Shown in pieces: positions 37,801-49,800 of a DNA stretch of 64,000 nucleotides. A model generated the notes under the pieces. That model saw only the letters and a program-made list of their open reading frames with translations. It had not been told where the DNA came from and ran no database searches. The stretch is from Owenia fusiformis (taxonomy: Eukaryota): assembly GCA_903813345.2 (NCBI GenBank), contig CAIIXF020000001.1, forward strand, positions 38,564,001 to 38,628,000, in the 5' to 3' direction. Position 1 is the stretch's first letter, and every line of letters starts with the position of its first letter. Both the position numbers and the translations under genes were made by a program.

Positions 37801-40800
37801 GAAACTAATTTCCGAAACACAAAAAAACACATATAAATAGTAAGGCCTGCACACATTTATATGTGTTTTTTTGTGTTTCGGAAAATTCGATATGTGATGT
37901 ATATTTCTTAGTTTTCCAAAGAAATCTACGAATATTTTTTTGCGGTTTATCTTTACATCGTAATTTCAATCACCCCCATCACTTTTCAAAAGGCGTTATC
38001 TTGAAATATCAATACGTCATGCTATGTATTCTCATACTTATAGAACTTAATTTGGCTGTCATTCACCATTTATTAAGCAGTAAAAAATAATTTGCTCCAT
38101 GGGTGACAAATTATTTCAAGTTTTCTGGTGAATGTTGAGTCTCACATCATACAAATGTAATTTTAGGTGATCTGTCTGCATGGGGTGAAGCATTGAATGG
38201 TTCACTATGTCAAGTGCATTGCTTTAACATGTTTAAGGTGAAGTGAGAAGTTCACCACTACAAGTACAAAGCCCTAACAGCTAAGCTAGCCCTTGAAGAG
38301 ACATTTGTCAAAATAGCAATTGTATGCCTACAAATGTAATGAACTGAATATTGAGACATTAAAATATTAAGCCAGCACCATATGCCAATGTGTAATAATA
38401 ATATCTGCTATGAAACAAACATCTGCTAACATTATGCATCTTCAAGTTCTCTAAACCATCAAGGTGCAGGAATATATTACCTTATATGATAAATGAAAAC
38501 ATATCACTACCACAAATCAAGGAAAAAGCATGTAAATATATTTATAAATTTATCAGCTTCATATGGGCTTATTAGCCTTTCGCAGATTATTGACATAGAC
38601 AAATAGCCTCTCATATTTCTAATAATGAAGTGGAAGTTAATGAGTCTACTCGCTCCGAGGCAGTCATTGTGTTTGCCATAGAGGGAGGTCTTTGAGGATC
38701 CAATGGACTGTCTTGTCTTCACACAATTCTACTGCATTCAAGACAGGCCTCTAACATTGTAATATAAGGCCTTCAATTTTTGAGGGATAAGAGTAAACTA
38801 ATGGCTATTGGCTAGTATCAGTCATTTAAACCATCCATGCTTTTTATTAAAAAACAAACATCCGTGCTGGGATAATGAAAAATTCATTCTTGGTCTACAT
38901 GCACTTTGTACTTGTATGTAATTGCACAGTAGCGTCAATTACAGGTACAAGCAGTTTACAGTGTTATCAGTATCACGCACAGCACCATTTTATGATTTTA
39001 TGACACGCTTTATAAAGCTCCCTATTGGTACCAGTCTGTTGCACAGTACCAATCAAAGATACCAATACTGAGCACAGCAACATGTCATAGAACCCTACTG
39101 TCACCTGGTCACTTTTTCCAAATCCTGCTTAACAGACAATTTACATGTATAGGCCTTTGGTAAAGCAGGTTACCTTCATTTTATTAGCAAGTTGTTCAGA
39201 CTTTCTTTGGAGGCTGTTGGCTTTTACTTCAAGAGCATCTTCTGCATCGAATGGTAGCACTCTAAAGCCATAGTCATCATACTCTGCCACTCTGTATCAT
39301 ATAATATTGCTATAATCTACATTATAATAAAAGTTTGTAATTACAGTAAAACCTGTCGATAGTGAACACCTACGGAGCTGCAAAAAATCTTCACTGTAGG
39401 TAGGTGTTCCCTACAGAGAGGGAATTTTATATATGAGTCAATGTAAAATACTGATATCTTTAATCAGCAAACGCATTGTATGAAAAACAGTCAATACTAT
39501 CAAGTTTTTTAACCAAATCAAAATGTAGTATCTTGATTGAGAACTAATAATAGAAGATTCATACATTGCTGATTGCTGCTCATAAGATAACTGAGCAATA
39601 ATATTATATAATACTTTTAACCAGTGAATGGCATGATTTGATATAAACATATTTCAGAGAAAATGAGGGTCTTTAATTCACTCACGAAGGATTGGAAGGT
39701 CTTTGTGGTCTTTCTCTACCATCTGATTTAATGGCATCCTGAAGTAGGCGGGAGACCAGGTCATCACTATCACCTCCGCTACCACCTAGGTGATAACAAT
39801 AACAGCAATTAGCACAACATAAGAGTATGTGTACCATTCACCATAGACAATCGTTCTGTCAGTCAAACATGTATGTTATATACTTACATTTAGATTTTGT
39901 GCACATTTTTTGTATTCATATTAATTAGAAGTCTTCCACTGTAGTATAATAACCATTATAAAATAACTGTTAATTAATAATTACTAACCATTAACAGCTA
40001 AATTAGATTCAACGTGTTTACATGTTATTCTATTTGCCACTTCAATTTTAGAGAGATGAAATTTACTAAAAGCTTCAGTGATTTCATGGAATAAATGAAA
40101 GCCTTCATCTATCTCTTCCACGCACTCATCACCATGGCAACCATTGCTTATGTCATACTTTGATGGATCTGTCAGGTAAGGAGTTTTAAATAGACTGTTC
40201 CTGTCAACTGAGCCATGTCTGCTATTATGTAGGTCACTCCTATGTACCATATGATGGGAATCATTGGACTTGTTTCTAAATATTTGTAATCCTGTGTTGG
40301 ATTGTTGAGATGGTATGCTGTTGGGGCTTGTTGGAGGGTTATAAATGAACCATGGATTAGAGCAACTTATTTTATGTTTTTTAGATGTTGTTGGCTCAAC
40401 ATAATCACTATCCAACAGATCTATTCCATTGATACATGGATCCTTAACATCTTCAGTGTTGGTCCATTTCAAACTTTTCTTTCCTTCCCCAAGCCCAGTG
40501 TTAACATGTAAATGACTTTGAGTGCCGTCTAAATTCTTACACTTTTGAATATCATCTAACCTATTGAGTTTAACATGGAAAAGTCTCTGAACTTCAGTTG
40601 TAATTGCAAACTTTGCTGCCTCCCTGTCATTGGTATCATCCAATACATTGTCCAAAACCTCACCAACAGTCTCAGAGAGGTCATCGATTTGAAGTTTCAA
40701 AAATGTATGTACAATTCCTAAATGTTTTTTGATTCCCTCTGTTGACTTTTCCACTCTTTTAAACATTATAGTATGGTACTTATAACTTATAAGTACATTG

Positions 40801-43800
40801 GTATGTTCAATGCTGATTAGTTCTTCCTAGTTCATGGTTTTGGAATAAGTTGTTATTGAATGTAATCGATGCTATTTTGATTATTAACAATATTATTAAT
40901 AGGTTCTCTTCTCAGTTATGATAATATAATATTTTCCACATATGATCCAGCTGCTGCATCCATACAGTTTACATTAAAACTAAAGAATGTCAATTACTTA
41001 TTGTGTAGTTATTGCATTAATAATTTCCTATTGTTTTCTTTCAACTCAGTATGTCAAGTTGATATCTAGTCGATTTCATTTAAATGCGAAATCCTAAATC
41101 AAGATCACTATGAACGAAATGATTAACGATATGTGATAATTAACAGCTAGAGTACATGTATACATGTAGTTGATCGCTATTATTTCATCAATATGGCAAA
41201 GTATCCGCACCATAGATCATCTAATATGTTGCAATTTCCATGTAATATAACATGCAGTTGAAAACAGCATTTATTTAAACATCAACCTGTTGCTATAACA
41301 GTGAATACTAATATAATTTACAGCCAATTCACAGCACATTTATCTCATTGTTATTTTCAATTGGAACTTGTACATTAATTCCCACGCATTTGAATTCATT
41401 TGTCCTACACAACATTACAGGCTCTCACATTTGTCCTATATAAAACTATAACAGAATATATATGAAATTAAAGGCAATATAACATAACAATTTGTTCAAT
41501 CCAATATGAGGCCCTGCAACTGCAATATAACAAGCTCTTACAGAATTTATTCTATCCAATATATCAGGCTCTGCTATTTAACAGGCTCTAACAGAATTTA
41601 TTCTATATCCAATATATCAGGCTCTACAAAATAACAGGCCCTAACATAACTGTCCAATATATCAGGCTCTACAATATAACAGGCTCTAACAGAATTTGTC
41701 CTATCCAAAATATCAGGCTCTGTAATATAACAGGCTCTAACAGAATTTGTCCTATCCAATATATCAGGCTATGCAATATAACAGGCTCTAACAGAATTTG
41801 TCCTATCCAATATATTAGGCTCTGCAATATAACAGGTTCTAACAGAATTTGTCCTATCCAATATATCAGGCTCTGCAATATAACAGGCTCTAACAGAATT
41901 TGTCCTATCCAATATATCAGGCTCTGCAATATAACAGGCTCTAACAGAATTTGTCCTATCCAATATATCAGGCTCTGCAATATAACAGGCTCTAACAGAA
42001 TTTGTCCTATCCAATATATCAGGCTCTGCAATATAACAGGCTCTAACAGAATTTGTCCTATCCAATATATCAGGCTCTGCAATATAACAGGCTCTAACAG
42101 AATTTGTCCTATCCAATATATTAGGCTCTGCAATATAACATGCTCTAACAGAATTTGTCCTATCCAATATATCAGGCTCTGCAATATAACAGGCTCTAAC
42201 AGAATTTGTCCTATCCAATTTATCAGGCTCTGCAATATAACAGGCTCTAACAGAATTTGTCCTGTCCAATATATCAGGCTCTACAATATAATAGGCTCTA
42301 ACAGAATTTGTCCAACTGTATAAAAAATATCGCATTCTCTGACAGAATTTGTCCTAAACAATATACACTGGTCGGAATCAAGCGACCAAAACCTTAGCAT
42401 CTAAGATGGTGGACGGTAAGTGTTGATTTCGATATTTTTAGTTTTAATTGAATTAAACTACTTTATAGTTGACACAATGCTTTGATATTTGTACTTCTGC
42501 TACTACAGTAGTTTCTTAGTATGGTATAAATATCGATTAGAACATCTTATCAAAGTCACTGACGTAGCTAGGATTTGACAGGAGGGGGTTCAAACATTTT
42601 CGGCGACGTATTTTTTGAGCCACCTAATGGTGAATTTGGTGAAAACTTTTTCTATGCTAATCTCTGCCTAATTTGATCAAATTTTGCCAAATTTGCTTAT
42701 ATTTTGTCAAATTTGCTTATATTTTGTCAAATTTGCTTATTTATTAGTTTTAAAGAGCAAAATCATAAGACAAGTGAAATATCCCTTTTTTTTTATTTAT
42801 TGATATATTTATACAAAGAATACATTAAACAAATGCACATGTGCTTGTGGCTGGGCATCAGCATTATCAGCCACGTTTGCAAAAATATCATCAAAATATG
42901 GTTTTAGGCCACTGCATTGGAGCAATGATTTGAGGGATGTCAGGTTTACATGTTTAGGAAAAGTCAATGTTGTGATATTAGACTTACAGAGAATGCAAAT
43001 GTTCTTATCATTACCTAATTTCTGTTGGTTCAATTTAATTTCCACATAATGTAAAAGGCACATATTATATTGGCATTCCAGATGTCATCATAGCATATAA
43101 AAAAAATAATACAGTTCTATTGATTAAATTAAAATAGAATATAACATTAACTAATTTTTCCTGGCAATTCAAATAACATCTTGACACACATTTTACGAGT
43201 ATGTGTACATACTTTTAATGTTGCGAAAGACAGACTAATATTCAAAGCAGTATAAAATGCAACTGTTTCACAAGAGATCTATGTTTATCTATGTTTTTGT
43301 TTTACATATTTAAGATGCAACATATAAAATTCAGATTTTTCTAATGTATTTACTTCATCTATTGATTTCTTCTTGGTCTGAAGTGGGTGGAAATATAATC
43401 AATCCATTATTAAACAATTTATTCTATCATGTTCATAAAGCAATACACCCCCCCCCCGGCAAAAAATGTTCTTTCAAAATCATGCAGTTTTTCACCATTT
43501 TGAGCACTTTTCAAGTAATTTTAGTCATATTTGGGCCAAAATTGTCAAATGTGAACCCCCCTGGAAATTTTTGAAAACTGAACCCCCCCCCCCCCCCTTG
43601 GCAAATCCTGGCTACTGGCCTGCACCCCCTCCCATGATAAACTGTCCCTTACCTCTTTGTGGAGTTTCCATATCCTTCAGCAGTGTCAAGTGTTTGCTTT
43701 GAATCTTGTAGAAGTTTGCCTCTGTTTCTGTCATTTTCCTGGGAACAAAAAGGTTATTCCTATATCCTCAGTATCTCTTTGCAATGAAACAAGCTCAAAA

Positions 43801-46800
43801 CATGAGAGGTACTGTAGGGTCAGAGAGGGGTGTCCCTCTCTCGGTAAGATTCGTTTCAATTGGCAACTACATGTAGTGTGTTGATAAATCGTACATATTT
43901 ACCAAATACACTTCAACATGACTTTTATACATCTGATTTTTAACATCAAGATTGGTATTACTCAAGATTGGTATTACATCTGAGATGGTTAACCTAAAAG
44001 CTGTTAAAAAATAATCAGCTTACATTGTAAGTTGTGTCTCCCTAGCTGCGTCATAACTCCTGAGTTGATTGAGCTCTAGTAATTCCTTGTTTAATAATTT
44101 GTTCTGCATCTCATATCCATGGCACATGTCCTGTAAAGGATAAACAATTGACATAAAATGACCAAACTTCTATTCAGGATAGCAATTAATTTTCAGATGT
44201 AGACCTGCACATTTTTGAAACTAATTAAGGTTTAGTGTCATGTTTCGCACAATTACACCTTGTTCAATTCCTTTCATTTTACATGGTTTATTCTGTCTAT
44301 TTCTAATGGTTGCCATTTTGTGCATATTTTACAAAACATGCTTTAAACACTGTTGTCATGTCTGGAGGCTAACTTGAACATATCGGGTAGTTGTCAGGCC
44401 CATAGCCAGGATTTGCCAAGGGGGAGGGGTCACTTTTTGGAAAATTCTAGGGGGTTCACTTTTGACAATTTTGGTCCAAAAATGGCCAAAATCACTTAAA
44501 AAGTGCTCAGAATGGTGAAAAACTGCATGATTTTGAAAGAATTTTTGGCCAGAAGGGGGTTCGCTCGAATCCATTGAACCCCCCCCCCCTGGCTACGGGC
44601 CTGGTTGTGTACTACACGAGCACAGACATCTTGTATTATGGCTCATGTCTTCCTTCTTTCAAGGTTTTAAGGGTTGTTAGTGCAGACATCAGCACCACAG
44701 ATAAAAAATCTGGTTGGATTTATGTCTGGTGAGTGTGGCACGTTTTGGCATTTGGAGCATATTTTGTAAATGACCATAAAATCGTGACCACTGGAGATAA
44801 AGCATTGAAACTTAATAGAAGGAAAGAAAATTGAACAAGGTTTAATTGTGCAACATATGACTTCAAACACATGCTGAATGACTGAGTTATCAACATACAT
44901 ATGTTTGGGCATGGGCTTTCAACTTGAAACCCCATGGTTTGGGTCAACATTCTTGGGATAAAAAGAGTTCAAACATTAATTTAGACCCATCCCATACAAT
45001 TTGAAAAACTTGCACCTTGTATCTATCTAGTTGTATCTTGATTGGTTCTTCGGGGACAGCAGGCTGAATTACAGAGGGTACCTGGGATTTGCTAATAGAT
45101 TCTAGGGTCTCAGATAGGTGTATCAATGCATCTTCCCCATCTTCTGTTGATACACTAGATAAAGTAGACACTCTCTACAAAAATATAATACAAAATATCA
45201 AATCAATGAGTTCATTTGTATGCCTCTCAGAAAGAAGGGGCTTTATACAATAAAGTAGCATCCGTATACTGTATGTACTTCCATGTATTATCGATGACAC
45301 CCTACAATTTTTGTAAGAATTGATAACTTCCCTCAACAAACATGCATGAGTCAGTGAAAAAATGAGATTTATCAGAGGCATTATACAAGAACATTTGAGC
45401 CATTCAGGTAAGAAACATGCAACAGAAGAATCTGCATGTAATCAATGGAAACATCAACCATTGAAAACAACTTGACAAGGGCTTTTGCAGTCACCGTTCT
45501 CAACCTATCCCAATGTGAACTATGAATCATGCAATAACAGACAGTTGAAGAAAGCATGGGCATTCATCTAGTTGAATGCCCATGAAGAAAGAAGAAGGGA
45601 CAGAACAGCGAGTATAAAATGTTGGAAGCAATATTTTCAAAAAGCATGTCAGGGTTTTCTTTACAATGGCAATTTTATTTTCTGAAAAAATTAAGATATT
45701 TAAGATAGAGAGATGTCCAAATTCATAAGTATTTAAAAGGGATATTGCCTTTCTCAGAACCATTTCCAGGTAACCGTAGAAATCTATTAAGAAACATGAA
45801 ATAAACTCAGGTCTGTTGGCGATTTTAAAAAATAGGATGTAATTATAAGATCGAGAGCCTGTAAAAACTAATGTCTCTTTTCCATCTACTTCCTCTAATG
45901 GTAGTCATTCAGACCTATCTTAAAATGTAACTTTCGTTATTACTACATGTATTTCCAAAGATATGTACCTGTTTCTGCTCAAGCGTTGATACTTTATCAG
46001 TGAGTTGCATCACTATTGCATCTTTGGCCTGCATAATCTCCTTTAACATTACTATCTGCTCATTGAGCGCCTGTATCTCACCCAGCGCACATCTAGGATA
46101 TACAAGAAACAGGGTTACTACAATGCAAGGAAGAGATTTAAATCTTCATTATTTTCAAATATTTGTTCATCTATTCTATTGTACCATTTCTTGTGTGTTC
46201 AATGCTGACAATGCTTTGAGCAATGTAACCATATTACAACCATACAATTCCATGGTATAACTTCTATTTGGACATTGTAATGACAATGCTTTGAACAATG
46301 CAACCATGTTACAACAATACAATTCCATGGTATACCTTTTATTTGGACATTGTAATGCACCTGGCATAATTATTAACACCATTCTTGCATTTTCTAGCGA
46401 GAAATCAAAACGGCGGTTTGACATTGATTCATGATGTAGCATCCGGAGATTTCAGAATGAACATTAAAAATGGCTGAACTTCCAATAGCTCTCATGTGGA
46501 AATCACATTTTAGACGCGACTTCATAAATTTCTGTAAAAAGCGCCATTTTGATTTCTCGCCAGAAAATGTTATTAAAAAATTCAGTATATCAGTGTTTCA
46601 GGCATTACGATTACTGTAGTATGAAGAGGCTCACTGATTGCGGCTAAAGGCTGTTGTATCAGAATCAGACACAGCCTTTGAAATAGGTAATCCATGCATA
46701 TACCTCATTTTCTGAATATTCTGTTCATTCTCCTGCCTGGTGGCTGTTAAAAGATGTTCTAGCTCCACATTGAGTCTCTCCTTTTGGCTGAGTATATCAC

Positions 46801-49800
46801 TGAATGATTGCATGGGACTGCTGAGTATTGTCTTTCTGAATTTAACAACGCATATCCATATTAGATTTACAGTATACATAGCTCCAATTACTAGTTGAAG
46901 AAATTATGCTCTATAACATCATGAATTCACCTTTACAGTATTTGAATCGATGTGCAAGTAAAATTGCAAAGCCTAGAATCACACCGGAATAGCCTGACAA
47001 TGATAAAGTCAGATATCGTTGTCGCTAATGGCGGACATACTACTGTAACCGTCGCTTCAATTCTTTAATCACTTGGTCCTTATTTCAAGGGATTTTATCG
47101 TCGCTAATTCTGTGCATGTATTAAGCTCTTGTGATGATGTATCATATGAAATCCTAATTTCGATCAAATTGGGTTGTGAATCTCGTCTTCGGTATCGTCA
47201 ATGACAACGAAATCTGAATTTGAAATAATTTACAAAGACAACGGCATATGGTAAAACATTGTCCGATGTCCGTTACTCATTTTGATCGGTTAAATTAAAG
47301 ACTTTATTTTGATGGTAGAACATTATTAACCGTACAATGAGTATAGATACACGTTGATTGATTGTTGTTCCAAAGGAATTTAGTCTAGGTGCTTTATTAA
47401 ACATACAGTTTATGAAAATCTAATTGAAGCGATGGTTGTGTCCACCACTCATGACAACGGTTTCTGACTTTACCGTTGTCAGGCTATTCCGGTGTGAGAA
47501 TGACACAAGCATGTATTTTTTAAGGGAGGTGAGGTGCATTTGGGTTCTTCAAGGTTAACATTCCATATATAATAATGAAAAAATCATTCTTAAGTTAATG
47601 TGGACTACCATCATTTTTTCAATAATTTAGTCAAGGAGAGTATGCTTTATACCAAATGGGTAACAAGGTGCCATCCACATCTTAAATGGTTATAAATAAT
47701 TGTAATGTTACTTTTAAACTTCTCAAGCCTCTTAAAGACCCATAGAAAGAAACCTTACTGAGTATCTTTATCCCGTACGAGAACATCAATTTGTTTCTGT
47801 AAGACTTGCACCATCTCCCTGTGAGCAAGGATCTCATCAGATTGTTCCTGGAGATCACTCTTCAATGATGTAACATATGACTGTAGCTGGAAGTTCAATA
47901 ATGTAACATATGACTGTAGCTGGAAGTTCAATAATGTAACACAAGACTGTAGTTGTAAGTTCAATGATGTAACATATGACTGTAGCTGGAAGTTCAATAA
48001 TGTAACACAAGACTGTAGTTGTAAGTTCAATGATGTAACATAAGATTGTAGCTGTAAGTTCAATGATGTAACATAAGATTGTAGCTGTAAGTTCAATGAT
48101 GTAACATAAGATTGTAGCGGTAAGTTCAATGCTGTAACATATGACTGTAGCTGTAAGTTCAATAATGTAACATGAGACTGTAGCTGGAAGTTCAATAATG
48201 TAACATATGACTGTAGCTGTAAGATCAATTATGTAACATAAGATTGTAGCTGTAAGTTCAATGATGTAACATAAGATTGTAGCTGTAAGTTCAATGATGT
48301 AACATAAGATTGTAGCGGTAAGTTCAATGCTGTAACATATGACTGTAGTTGTACGTTCAATGATGTAACATGAGACGTTGGAAGTTCTCAGATGTAACAC
48401 AGAAATGCAGCAGGATGTTCAATGATGCAGGATATGCATATAGCTTTAAGTTGAATAATGTTTAGTATTTTAATTTTTTTATAGACCTTAATGAAGCTCT
48501 AGATAATCAGGATGTTCCCGACTAGTTACAGATTGTTACAGATACAATACATACCTGATTACATTTTTGGCATGAGATCTCTGGAAGTCCTAGTTGAGGC
48601 TCAGATACATCAATATTATCCACTGATTTCCCCCTTGGTGTTAGCTTTGACTTTAGTTTTTGAAAGCTGCTTGGACGCTCAACATTTTGACCCTGTATAT
48701 CTGTAAAATGGTTTCTAAAATGTGGGATTCATATATGTGTAAAATATGTTGCTAAAATTGACCCTCCGTATATGTTAAAAATATTGACATAATGTTGACC
48801 CTGTATTTCTGTAAATTACATTGCCAAAGTGTTGACCCTATACATCTGTAAAATACATAGTTGAAATGTTGGAAATTACATTGCTAAAATGTTGACCATG
48901 TATATCATTCAATACTTGAGCCTGGCCATAGGAAAACTGGTCTTATCACAAAAATTAAAATTGTGCTACAGAGCCAAAAATGTTAAGAGAAATGAAAAGA
49001 TTAAGAGGAAAATGTGCTAAATTATAATCCGACTTTTTTGGTCTATATATGCAAGGAAAAATCGTTAAATCATAAGTCATGGCTCATTGAAAGTTTTTTT
49101 TGTGCTTTTTAAGTTAAACAAAAAAAACAAAATATTGAAAAATCTGTGATAAGACCCCTTTTCCTGTGGCCTGGCTCACTTATTCTTGAATTGTATATTT
49201 TGTCAAATAAACTTCTTTTATTTCCATTTTGTAATACTGTTGTACTTATATACTTAAGTAGCTTACCAGAAATTCCCTGTTTTGTATTTCTTAGTGATAC
49301 CACTGTATTTTTCAGCTCATTACCAAGATTTGATAATGACCAATTGTTATGTTTTGGCTGTGTCATAGTAGCCCCTATTCCTACCACTCCTATAGGGGCC
49401 TCAATAGGGGGAATAAAACCATGTAGCTCTTCAGATGGAGTGATACTCTTTGGCTGACTTGCTAAACCATTATTTTCTCTCTGGAAAGATGATTACATTA
49501 ATTTTCAGCTTTTAGCATTATAAATATTGGCTATGATTTATCATGGGCTCTATCAGATGGGTATGCAACGAGCCATTGGCGCCGTGTTAAATGGTGGCCT
49601 CGGCTTGGCGAAGAACCGGAAGTTGACGCAACGGGGAAAAAATAATGTCCGAAGTTGAAGCCTCGTAGATTCTACTCTTATTTCCGCAATGAAACCCAAC
49701 TAACCTTCACAAATATTGGTAAGACATTTGACATTTACTTCACTTTAGTGTAGAACTTGTTTAATAGGCATCAAATTGCCTAAATTGGCCACGATATTGA

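Noticed and set aside
41669..42335. Two 188-aa repetitive ORFs
   Set aside because: By-product of a 51-bp (multiple of 3) minisatellite; no convincing splice sites.
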